From: Octopus sinensis
Taxonomy: Eukaryota
NCBI RefSeq assembly: GCF_006345805.1
Contig: NC_043000.1
Coordinates: forward strand, 127,038,001-127,102,000
Reading direction: 5' to 3'
DNA length: 64,000 nt
Shown here: piece by piece, positions 13,874 to 26,610 of the stretch
Position numbering within the stretch: the stretch's first letter is position 1
Layout of the letters: every line of letters starts with the position of its first letter
Made by a program: the position numbers and the translations under genes
The notes under the pieces: generated by a model
Seen by the model: only the letters and a program-made list of their open reading frames with translations
Databases searched by the model: none
Told to the model about the DNA's origin: nothing

Positions 13874-15575
13874 AGGGAGGGAGAGAGGGAGAGAGAGAGA
13901 GGATAGGCAGATTTTATGGGTAGTGAAGATGTGAGACAAAGTGACCTTTGCTATGCCTTATTAGATTTTCTTGGAATGTTACCAGTACTTTGAACAGATA
14001 ATGACTGATGGTATGTTGATCACAGTTTCATTGTTGTTGTTGTTACTATTACTGTCATTTATTATTGTTGTTGCTGTTGCTACTATTATTGTTATTAATT
14101 TGAAACGATTGAAACAAATTTAAATGTATTGATGTAGTTACAATTTATGGATCAATTTTTGTCACAACATAACATATCAGTAAAATGAACTTGTGCTCCT
14201 CATTATTAATGTTATTTAAACACGCACGAATCATTTGTATGGTTTTACAACCATTTTCCCATGCCAGCATGAGTTGGATGAATATATTACAGAAGCATTG
14301 TTTTACAGTTGGATGCCCTTCCTATCACTAATCTTTAACTGTTTTTTTATTTTTTTTAGGTAAGAATTTCACATGTCTCTAAAGGCAAAAAGCCAGAGGA
14401 TAATTAGTTGACAGAAGTGACAACAGCTTTGATAATTGACTTTCATAGAGCACAGACACACAGACACACACACACATTTTCATCATTTGTTGAACACACT
14501 CATACATTTTCATCAAGTTGAACCATTACTTCATACACATTAATTCCTACACAAATATACATATATTCATTTTCATCATGTAGAAGCATTAAACCCTACA
14601 TGTTTTTTCTCCGCTTTTTTTTCATTCACTCCATTTTTTTCCCTCTTAATCCTTTCTGCTGAAGAGCATAGGCTCAAAACATCAAAGACTTTTCCATTCC
14701 TCCTGAGCATCAAACTATAATACACCTGCTCATTGTTCCATCACCTGTCTTTGCTTTTTGTTTTCTGTAAATTTGAACTACATATATGCATACATACATG
14801 CATACATATATAAATATGTTTATAGGTGCAGGCATGGCTTTGTGGTAAGAAATTTGCTTCACAACCAAATGGATACAGGTTCAGTCACAGTATGTGGCAC
14901 ATTGGGTAAGTGTCTTCTAATATAACATCTTCCACAATTTATTGTATTGTATCATCCACAGGTGCTGCATGGAAATCAATAGAACCCATGTGGAAGTGTT
15001 CTGATGTTTCTATTAAAACTTTATGAGTTTGCCAATAGACTCTGCTAAGTTCTCTTTACTTTTCAGTTTTTTTCTGAATTTTTCAAATTGCAACTCTAAT
15101 TTACAGCAGATACCCTGTGTACGTATATGTGGATATATATCTTTCTCGTTTATCTTTTATTTGTTTCAGTCATTACATCGTGGCCATGCTGGGGCACTGC
15201 TTTGAGGAACTTTAGTCAAAACGAATCAACCCCAGTACTTGGGTTGCTTTTTAAGCCTGATACTTATTCATGTAATAGCTGGAAGGAAAGAGGGATGCAC
15301 AAGCACTAGGCTGGTTCTCATACTCAGTAAAACTGACTGAAGTAACTTGCTCAAGGATACAATGAGCTGCCTGGCTCAGGAACTGAACACACAACCTTCT
15401 GATTATGAGCCCAATACCTTAACCACTAAACTATCTATCTTCTCTCTCTCTCTCGCACACACACATACACACACACACACACAAACACAAACAGACTGAG
15501 AAAGAGAAATGTAATTATTCACCACATGATTACATTAATGATGTTATAATTAATATACACTAATATCCCACTTAC

Positions 15576-15671
15576 TTTCCTCTTCAGTCTCCTCTTCTTC
15601 GGGGGTTGCCCAGAGGCATATCCATAGCGTGGGTGTTTCCTCTTACCTGTACAACTCTGCACAATCCCCAT
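15576..15671 (-). CDS. Candidate alternative first coding exon: MGIVQSCTGKRKHPRYGYASGQPPKKRRLKRK (32 aa, phase-0 donor)
   Basis: ATG at 15671 with an in-frame TAA 9 nt upstream; 96 nt open; donor AAA|GTAAGT at 15575. In frame with the next exon's phase-0 acceptor at 1968. A GC-richer unique island among repeats. A second strong donor (ACAG|GTAAGA at 15646) is phase 1 and would be out of frame. Confidence 0.7.
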
Positions 15672-15814
15672 CAAGATTTACGAAGGTGGCCAGAATGTGA
15701 CAAATAAATTAATGAACAATAACTTAACGACCTTTTAACAACATCGTTCTCTAATACCGGCTTCCTCCTCTCACTACTCCCCACCACACTTTTCTCCTTC
15801 TCTAACACATTCAT
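15671..15814 (-). other. Putative 47-codon upstream ORF whose TGA overlaps the main ATG (TGATG)
   Basis: ATG at 15814 and stop at 15673-15671 sharing a base with the ATG of the MGIVQS exon. It matters only if the transcript starts upstream of 15814. Confidence 0.3.
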
Positions 15815-15876
15815 AATGTCAAACAAATTTTGAATACACATACAAATGCATATACATGTATGTCTGTGTGCGTGCA

Positions 15877-15910
<34 letters not shown>

Positions 15911-16770
15911 TACATACACTTCAGAGTAGATATACATTGTTAGAAAGTTATATACAAGTGTTGACATCAACATTGATGACCCACCTTCAGTTCTGAACTT
16001 TTGGAAAGATAGTAAATAGACTTTGGTCATTTAAATAAAACAAAAACAAAACTGCCACCACCACCACCACCACAATACAATCACTGCGTCGGTGGGCAAG
16101 TCTCTACGTAGAGTTCAGCATATTAGAAACAGCAGTCAAATCTAGCTTAAACCACAATCTAAGTGTTAAGAAAAGAAGGATACATAGAATAATGTAATCT
16201 GATAAAAGTATAGGGATAATCAAGGCTGGAATGACATTTGATCAGAGATCTGCTTGCTCATGGTTGACTTGGGGTTACACAACAACAAGAACGACAGTAT
16301 ACAATGCAATGAATGAGAGAACTTCAATATGGTTTCTTGATCTGCTAGAAACAGCAGGTGAGTCTTTAAAATTACAATCTACAGTCTTTAAAAACTAGGA
16401 GATACTAAGTAATGCTGTCTGGAATAACAGTTAAATCCCCTTCAAATCATATTCTATCACCTTAAAAACAGGAAGGATAATTTGAATAATGTAGATACCC
16501 CTAAAAACACAGGCTGGTCATGTTCTTTTTATTTTGTTATCTACACCGACAGGTGTGAAAATGCACCCAAAATCCCTTGAGACTCATTTCAACCCAAGGA
16601 CATCCAGATTTGTTGTGACACACTTGTTTTATAATTCTTGTCTCTCATCAACATTATAACAAAACAACTAAACTTCCTTCTTCCTGGTTCTTTTCTACAC
16701 AGCTTTAAATCTTTAAAGATTGCATGGAGCTATTTTATGGTTTCCTACTTCCTTTTTCTATTCCTCATGC

Positions 16771-16804
<34 letters not shown>

Positions 16805-17099
16805 CTGTTGTGTCCGGGGAGAGTAATTTTCTTTTTGTGCCTTATAAAGTAACACACTCACTGGTAACATTTCCACTTATTTCTTATTTTTATTTTCCTA
16901 AAATTTTCATTGCGTCTTGCAACATTTTCAGTAGTCTTGACTATTGAAAAGTTTGCAATAGTCTTGACTTTTGAAAAGAATTGGATGCCTTTCCTGTCAC
17001 CAACTCTTACCTGTTTCTAAACAAAGTAATATTTCCCCATAGCTGGACACATCTTCACAGAATATTGGAAATGAATGTCATTCATTTACAACAATTATA

Positions 17100-17417
17100 T
17101 AATGTTATGACAAAGACACACACACACATATACATATATATATATACATTTATGTATATATATGTATATACATATATATATATACATATATATATATGTG
17201 TGTATATATACATATATACATATACACATACATGTATATATGTATATATATATACATACATACATATATATATATACATTCATGTATATATATATGTATA
17301 TACATACATACATATACATATATACATATACACATATATATATGTATATACATATATACATATACACATATATATATGTATATACATATATACATATACA
17401 TATATACATACATATAT

Positions 17418-17449
<32 letters not shown>

Positions 17450-17450
17450 T
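17100..17450. repeat. Compound (TA)/(CA)/(TATG) microsatellite, representative of many
   Basis: Similar tracts at about 6725-6930, 9890-10060, 22200-22390, 23280-23380, 23960-24397, 25520-25700, 27760-27820, 29560-29725, 52350-52640, 54300-54700, 56065-56112 and 61990-62095. Confidence 0.95.
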
Positions 17451-20400
17451 GCAGGGGGGGGGCCATCTTCAAGTATGGGCACTCTAGGCAGTCCTTTGTA
17501 TGTTGTGGTTTACCATCAATAAATAAACACTATAGGACCTAATGCATTGATTTACCCAGGGGCCCGCAATGCTGCTAAGGAACTTCTGTGCCTATACCCA
17601 ATGGGTTTCTTTGAGTTTCTGTCAACCACATCTATTCACAAAATTTTGTCATTCCAGAGCCATTGTAAAAGACACTTGTCTAAGGTGACTTGTAGTGGGA
17701 TTGAACCTGAAACTACATGATTGGGAAATGAGCTTCTTAACTACACAGCCATGCCTGCATCTAATACATAATTATTAATACAAAAAGAAGGAAATGGTTT
17801 TGTAAGAGGCAATCTAAAGTAGTCCAGCTTTTACTAACCTGCCTTCTTTTTCAGGTATTGTAAATCTAAGACTACATGATTCAATGTGCTTTTTTTTACC
17901 TTTTGAATAAGGGGTGCAATTTGTGGAAGATTTTGCTTCTATATTCTAGCAGGTTAAGTAATCACATACAGGCTCCTTTGCTGGTTTGTGAAGATGATGC
18001 CAGCTTGAACAGAGTAGATATATGATGAAAGTCATTCCAGTTGTGACCATCCCTTGAATTTGTACATGTAAAACTGAAATTGTATAATGTCCTTCCTCAT
18101 TTTAAGACAGTAGAGTTTGGTGTTAAAATTTGGCAGCTATTTCTAGCAGACAGAGCAACCATGCAAAGGTTCCTTTGATAGAGGTATTTAATATCATAAT
18201 GACACTTGGTGAAAAGATATTTGCATATATAGATATACTAATATCTTTATCTGTCTGCCTTCCTCTCTCTTTACACACAGACTCACATGCATACACACAA
18301 GCACAAGCACACACGTAACACACCTGTCGTTTATAATGGTTTATTGGTTAGCTATGTCATCCACAGTTGAATGGTCAGTGATAAGCTGAATAATGTGCAA
18401 TAAAAATAATTGAATGAAACCGCTGTTGCTTTCAGTGATGAGCTGTTCAGTCTTTCCATCAATTGAACGACCTACTCTTTAAATTAATATACATGAAGTG
18501 GCTGAGTATTCCACAGGCACACCATATATCCCTAATGTAATTCTCGGGGAGAATTTAACATGACAGTGGTTGATGTTAGGAAGGGCATCCAGCTGTAGAA
18601 ACACTGTCAGATCAGACTGGGGCCTGGTGCAGCCTCCTGGCTTCCCAGACCCCGGTCGAACTGTCCAACCCATGCTAGGATGGAAAACGGATGTTAAACG
18701 ATGATGATGATACCATGTGACAAAACTGGACCTTTAGATAATATATATAACTTATTCAATGGGATTTCAATAGTTCCTGTCCACTTAATTTTATTCACAA
18801 GGTTTAGGTCAACGTGGGACCATAGTATAAGATGCATGTCCAAGATCCTTTGCAGTGGGATCGAACTTGAGGCTTCATGATAGCAAAGCAAATGTCTTAA
18901 CCATTTGGCCATACTAAGTCCAGAGTAGGATGGTTATGTACAATAAAAGTACCTGTTGGACTCTTGTAAGTGCCAGATGAGAATTTACTAACTTGGTAAC
19001 TCAAGATCTGACTGAGCTTCCAGGTTGCTAAACAACCCACACAGACGATTTGTTAACCAATCGGGCTCTGTGGTCAATGTAATCAACTGGCCCTTCTTCC
19101 AAAATTGCTGGTCTGGTGCCAAAAATTTGAAAACATTATTCTTTTTATTATTATTATCATTATTATTATTAAAGCAGTGAGCTGGCTGAATCGTTATCAT
19201 GCCAGGTGAAATGCTTAGTGGTATTTTGTCTGCCACTATGTTCTGAGTTCAAATTCTTCCCAGATCGACTTTGCTTTACATCCTTTCAGAGTTGATAGAT
19301 TAAATACCAGTTGTGTACTGGGGCTGATGTAATCAACTAGTCCCCTCCCACCAAATTTGAGGCTTTGTTTATAGGGATCAAATGTTTGTGCAGTATGTTA
19401 GCTCACTCCTTCCATCAAATTGACACGAACTGTAAAAGTGCACAATGTGCCACAAATCACATGTTGAAGTGATTGCAGACCAAATTGAGAATATTAGGCT
19501 TGGTTTACCAACTGTAACAGTTAATACCCTAATTATCCCATTCATGGGATCCAGCAGGAAATATTAAATGTATGTTTTAAGATGTGATATAAACCAGTGA
19601 ATTATCCTTTACACTTTAAATAAATATCATCATAACTTTCACCACCACCATCAACATGTATGTTTTAACATTCATAACTGCATGCTGGGATGGGTTAGCT
19701 AAGAGGACCATCTTAACAGTGTTACAGATCTCTGAGCAAAGCAATACATTGGGACCTATAGTATTTATTTCTTGACAGCATTCATAGATTAGCATTGGGC
19801 TCCTAGGGACTGATTGCTCAGTGTGCCCATGCTTTAAGATGGCACTGTTTGCCAGGTTTTTCATAGAACACACTGCTTGTGGGCTATGTCCTTTTTTTTT
19901 TATTGATTTCAAATTGCACCGAGGTCAATTTTACATTTCATACTACTTGGATTGATAAAATGAAGTACCAGCCTAGATTGGTGGATTGGCAGAATCATTA
20001 GGGCATCAGAAGGAATACTTTATTGTAACTGTTCCACCTGTTTGATTTCTGAGTTCAAATCTTACCATAGCTCATTTTGGTGATGAATTTATTTTGCCAT
20101 CTGGACTCCTTCACTAAATGCAAGAATTTGGATTGGATCAGGTCTTTGATTTGAGGATACTTTTCCTCCCTCCCACCATTCTCAGAGGCTCTAGCTTCCC
20201 AACCACAAGGTTCTGGGTTCAGTCTCACTGTGTGGCATCTTTGGCAAGTGCTTTCACTTGTGAGTGGATTTGGTAGACGGAAACAGAAAGAAGCCAGTCA
20301 TACATGTGTTTGTGTGTATGTATTTGTCCTGCATCACTGCCGGACAACCGTGTTGGTTTGTTTACATCCCCATAACGTATCGATCTTAAAAAAGTATTGG

Positions 20401-22311
20401 GGGTCGATTTGTTTGACTAAAAACTCTTCAAGGCAGTGCTCCAGCATGGCCAGAGTCTAATGACTGAAATGAATGAAATAAAAGAAAGTAAAAGAAAAAT
20501 ACTGGTATCAGATATAATCCTTTCTTCCCAACTGCACAGACACCTACATTTGGTAGCACCCTTATCCATACCACACTGAACAGCCATTCCTATCACATGT
20601 CCCTAGCAGTGCAAGCTTTTGTCCAGCACCTTTCAACTGATGCCTGACTAGCTGTTTGGTTAACCCTTTGATATCAACCCACCTGAAACCACCCTGGCTC
20701 TCTAGTACAAATGATTTGTTTTCAAAATTTCTGAATTAAAATCTTCCACCAAACCTTAGTCACAATTTGTGTTCCTCATGATAACTAAATTATTATTTTA
20801 TTAAATTCTTTGTTATACTCTTTACTTTTTTACTCTTTTACTTGTTTCAGTCATTTAACTGTGGCCATGCTGGAGCACCGCCTTTAGTCAGCAAATTGAC
20901 CCCAGGACTTATTTTTGGAAGCTTAGTACTTATTCTATCGGTCTCTTTTACCAAACTGCTAAGTTACGAGGACGTAAACACACCAGCATTGGTTGTCAAG
21001 TGATGTTAGGGGGACAAACACAGACACACAAATATATATACACACACATACACATATATATACATATATACGACAGGCTTCTTTCAGTTTCCGTCTATCA
21101 AATCCACTCACAAGGCTTTGGTCGGCCTGAGGCTATAGTAGAAGACACTTGCCCACGGTGCCAGGCAGTGGGACTGAACCCGGAACCATGTGGTTCGTCA
21201 GCAAGCTACTTACTACACAGCCACTCCCAATTGAAAAAAACACAGAGTATCTCAACAGAAATATGGAAACAAAAGGGTTACATTACTTTTGTTGATTCTG
21301 TGTTTCAGAGATGCAATTACATTCTGTACCGTGGATGCTGAAACATCTTGTTAACACCCATTGTTTGCACTGTGAACACAGCAAGAAGTTTATGCTTACT
21401 TTATTCTTACATTCAGATCAAGACTTCGTCATAAAAGATTGCACTGAGATTTCACACTTTTATCAGTTATTTCTTGTGCTTCTGGCACGGTGAGCTTTAA
21501 TTCTATGAAATGTAAACCAATTCTTTGAAATTTCTATCATTTTCTATGACAGTGACAGTTTCTGCTATGGAAACTAAATCATTGGAATATGAAATTTATC
21601 ACAGAAACAAGATATGGACTTTTATGTTGTCGCAAAAGAAACTCAAACAACACACTCTGTAGGAATTGAACAAATCCAGGCATAGGAGTGGCTGTGTGGT
21701 TAAGGTGCTTGCTTCTCAGCCATGTGGTCTTGGGTTCAATCCCACTGTGCAGTACTTTGGGCAAGTGTCTTCTACTATAACCCCAGGCTGACCAATGCCT
21801 TGTGAGTGAATTGGGTAGATAGAAATTGAAAGACGTCTGTAACATATATATTTTAAGACCCCCTTCAGTCATGAATGACCATAGGATTGCACCTAGGAAG
21901 TTACCTTCTGAGGCACAAGTCCAAGCAAGATTGTTTTATGGAGGACCAGCAGTCGCCCATGTATACCAGCCTCCCCTCTCCATGTCATCAATGTTATCCA
22001 AGGGAAAGGTAAAGGTTGATACAGCTTGGTACTAGTGACATCGCAACTCGTTTCTACAGCTGAGTCAAATGGAGCAATGTGAAATAAAGTGTCTTGCTCA
22101 AGGATTCAACACACAGCCTTGTCTAGGAATCAGACTCACTACCTCATGATTGTGAGCCCGACGCTCTAATCACTGAGCCATGCACCTTCACTAACATATG
22201 TGTGTGTGTGTGTGTGTGTGTATAGATAGATATAAAAACATATATATACACACACACACACAGAGTTTCGTACATATACACACACACACACTCACATATA
22301 TACACACACAC

Positions 22312-22389
<78 letters not shown>

Positions 22390-22390
<1 letters not shown>

Positions 22391-23110
22391 GAGTGCGTGA
22401 CTAAATTGCTGTCTAAATTACGCAAAAATGAAAATAACACGGACATCTCATTTTAATAGATATATTTACCAAAGTTACATAAAAATATCCTGAAATACTA
22501 AAGAGTAAATTTATTCAATAAAATCGTCATTGGATACAACCACGCCCTCCAAATGACTTCGGAATCTCCGGCGACTTTTCTGGATGCTCTCCTTCTTTAA
22601 GTTGGTGAACACTGCTATAATCTTTGCCTTCAATACATCTTTGGTGCTACAAGTTCTGTCGGTCTCTCGCTCAACTGCACCTCACACATAATAATCAAAG
22701 GGGTTGCAGTGTGGGGGGGTTAGGTGGCCAGATGTTAGGGGGTGATGTGGTCGCAGAAATTATCTGACAGCCATGACTGGGTTCTCCTGCCTGTGTGGCA
22801 TGGTGCAGAGTCCTGTTGCCACACATAGAGTCTTCCAACAGCCAGCCTCTTGACCCAGGGCAGCACTACCTCCTCTAGGCACTTGATGTAGGCCTCTGTG
22901 TTGAGTCTGAGACCATGTGGAAAGACGAATGGAGGCATAATGCCACCATCACTATTGATCGCTCCAAACACCATGATGTTGATTGGATGTTTGATTTTTA
23001 TCACTCCCGGTACATGTCCTCAGATTGATACTCAAACATGATGAAATGTTCACATTGGAGCTTCCGGCACGAATACCAAGCAGTACAGCACAATGTTTTC
23101 AAATTTCTGA
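22390..23110 (-). mobile_element. Decayed Tc1/mariner-superfamily transposon, DD37D (maT-type), C-terminal half
   Basis: MVFGAINSDG...YVWQQDSAPCH...HITP/NIWPPNPPHCNPFDYY. There are 37 residues between the second and third Asp across a frameshift. Ends approximate. Confidence 0.85.
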
Positions 23111-23284
23111 CACTGTGAATTGTGTCATGGCACTGTTTTTCTTGCAGATGATGCCCACCTGACCCTACTATACTGTGTCGTCAATAAAATCAAAAACAAA
23201 CAAAGCACATACACAAAATTAAAACCATAAAATGGCAACAATTTACCCATCGCACCTCGTATATTGTTTTCCAAGTATATATAT

Positions 23285-23344
<60 letters not shown>

Positions 23345-24375
23345 GGTGTATGTGTGTCATGTTTGTGTGTGTGTATGTACTTGTCTTGACATGTGATGAT
23401 TGTAAACAAGCATCAGTATCATACAAGCTGTGTTGTTACTTCTTGTCTTCCAACGGGAAATGTTAGCTTGCTTGGAAACAGGTGAGTGTTGGTGACAGGA
23501 AGGACACCCAGCTGTAGAAAATTTGACTCAAAAAATTCCACTTGCCTCATGGAGGCATTGAAAAGTGAAAATTAAAGAATGAATGATATAATGAAAATGA
23601 TGATGATGAGGATGATGATCATTTAGTTTCTGGTGAAAATGCAAAGTTTTGTGCCTTCTTAGAAATACAGTCCACCAATTTATTCTTAATCTATATTTTC
23701 CTGTTTACAGTTCTGGCTTCAAACTCATGCAACAAGGTTTGAAGATAATAAAATATGTATCAGCATAAGCACATATATACTGCAGCCATATCATCAGATA
23801 ACACAGAGAGTGGAGTAGACTGGAACAAGCATATTCTGATAAGCTCAATGCTAATTTCTTATTGAAAAATAAAAATATCACACCATTCATGCTATAAGCA
23901 GAGAATGCAGAAAATAGAATGTACATATATGCCATATACGCGATAACCGAGAGTTTGGAATAAAAACCCACACACAATACACACACATACATACACTCAC
24001 ATACATGCATAAATACATATCTATATATACACATACATATATATATCTATATATGCACATATATACATACATGTATACATGAACACACACAAACACATAT
24101 CCATACCTACATATATACATGCATACATACATATACATATATACACAGATATATACAAAGAGATATACATGCAGATATATATATATATACACACACACAC
24201 AAACGCATATATATCTATATATGTATGTGTGTGTGTGTGGTGTGTGTGTGTGTGTATATATATTATATATACCTACATATATACATACATACATATGTAT
24301 ATATACACAGATATATACAAACAGATATACATGCAGATACACACACACACACACACACACATACATACATATATG

Positions 24376-24397
<22 letters not shown>

Positions 24398-24406
<9 letters not shown>

Positions 24407-24988
24407 ATTGGTGAATTGAAGAAATGGAGCTGAACGCAGATTGAACAGAAATCGTTTTATTTCATTCTACACGTGTTTCAAAAGGCACAAATTACCAAAA
24501 TCCGATTGAATAATGGGACCATATTGTGTCTTTCTCTTCAGGAAGAAAAAAGGAAATCCGTTGGAAAAACAAAAACAGAACAGAGGCGGAGATTTTTTCT
24601 CGCCACTTATAAAACATCCAATATTCTTTAAATAGTCAGAACTTTATTCTCGGTCACAAAGAACATCTATACACCCTCACCCACATGATTGACCGATGCC
24701 TGACCCGTTGAATTCTTCAGCCACCGGTTCTCAACATACACTGATAAACAGTTTCGCCATGGGCTCTTAGGAGCACAGTTCGATTTGTTTTTTGCTCCGC
24801 CTCTGTTCTGTTTTTGTTTTTCCAACGGATTTCCTTTTTTCTTCCTGAAGAGAAAGACACAATATGGTCCCATTATTCAATCGGATTTTGGTAATTTGTG
24901 CCTTTCGAAACACGTGTAGAATGAAATAAAACGATTTCTGTTCAATCTGCGTTCAGCTCCATTTCTTCAATTCACCAATAATGTTTTA
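24398..24988. repeat. Foldback structure: 194-bp inverted arms (24398-24591 and 24795-24988) with one mismatch, around a 203-bp spacer
   Basis: Base-by-base comparison shows the arms identical except A24480 versus C24906. The left arm abuts a (TA)n tract. Confidence 0.95.
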
Positions 24989-25134
24989 ATTTCAATTATC
25001 CGCACCAACGCACGGTTGCAATGCCAGATGGTTGTACCTCCAACCGTGCTGTTTACTGCTGTGATTTTTGCTACTAAGGTATCGGTTAAACTGTTGATTA
25101 ATCTACTACAAGATTATTCATCTTTCTATTTCAC

Positions 25135-25176
<42 letters not shown>

Positions 25177-26319
25177 AACATATTTATGTAAACACACATA
25201 CATATTTAGGCATATAAACAGGCAAGCAGAGAACACACACACACACAACTATGTAGATACAAAGAGATAGCCACAGAACACAAACGTAATTCTTAACAAG
25301 ATTTATTATTTCATAATAGATTAAACAGCCAATATGCTCAGAATAAACTAATTGATTAATTAAAAAACACAAAAACTTTAAAGCTTTACAGTTTCCATAA
25401 CATAAGTATTACTATTGTCAATAATAACACAATTCTTTCAGCATTATTTACCAATAATTCTTTTATTAATCAGTTCAAACAAATGTGTATGTAATGATAA
25501 TTGAATGTATGCATGTATACATAAACATACATATTATATATATATATATATACAGATACACAAAGATGTATATATATACACACACATACACATGCATGCA
25601 TGTATATATATATATATATATATATATACAGATACACAAAGATGTATATATATACGCACACATACACATGCATGCATGTATATATATATATACATATATC
25701 AGAAATACTTTAAAAAATTGGAATAAATCTCAAACAAGCATAATTAGATCACATTCTTGTAAATATAATCTACCACAATCTTCTAAAAATATTGAAAATT
25801 CGAATTGAATGCTTCGTTTTATAAAATTAGATTCTTTCATAAAATGAATTACAAAATAATAGAAAAAGAGAAAAACATAGCAATGAATATTTGAGATACT
25901 GGACTAATGACCAAGAAATGCAGGGTTCAAATTCAGACATACACATAACGTCTTTGTTATGTATATTATTTGATTTCTTTCAATCAATCAAGCTTAAAAT
26001 AATACACATACACACACGTATATTCTTCTATTCTTTTACTTGTTTCAAGTCATTTGACTGTGGCCATGCTAGAGCACCATCTTAAAGGGTTGTTCTCGAA
26101 GAAATCAACCTCAGGACTTATTCATTGTAAGCCTAGCACTTATTCTATCACTCTCTTTTGTTGAACTGCTTAGTTACAGAGATGTAAACACCAACATTGG
26201 TTGTCAAGTGATGGTGGTGGGGACAAACATACACACAAAGACACACACACACATATATATATATATTATATATATATATATTTATAATTGCATATTGTTC
26301 TCTTATCTATTTGAGTGAG

Positions 26320-26610
26320 GTCGTTGCCAGTGCCGCTGGACTGGCTCCTGTGCAGGTGGCACATAAAAAACACCATTTGAGTGTGGCCGTTGCCAGTACT
26401 GCCTGACTGGCCCCTGTGCCGGTGGCACCTAAAAGCACCCACTACACTCTCAGAGTGGTTGGCGTTAGAAAAGGCATCCAGCTGTAGAAACTCTGCCAGA
26501 TCAAGATTGGAGCCTGGTGCAGCCATCTGGTTTGCCAGTCCTCAGTCAAATCATCCAACCCATGCTAGCATGGAAAGCGGATGTTAAACGATGATGATGA
26601 TGATGATGTG
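26320..26610 (+). mobile_element. SINE-type repeat with ggcatccagctgtagaaa core and (GAT)n tail, representative copy
   Basis: Related copies at about 11900-12110, 18545-18710, 23440-23620, 27850-28145 and 55740-56070 (-), and at the ends of the 9460/10081 duplication. Confidence 0.7.

Noticed and set aside
16981-17542. Cluster of YI/HT/CV-repeat ORFs (also near 6.7, 9.9, 22.2, 24.0, 25.5, 29.5, 54.3 and 56.3 kb)
   Set aside because: Dinucleotide microsatellites lack stop codons in these frames; there is no coding signal.
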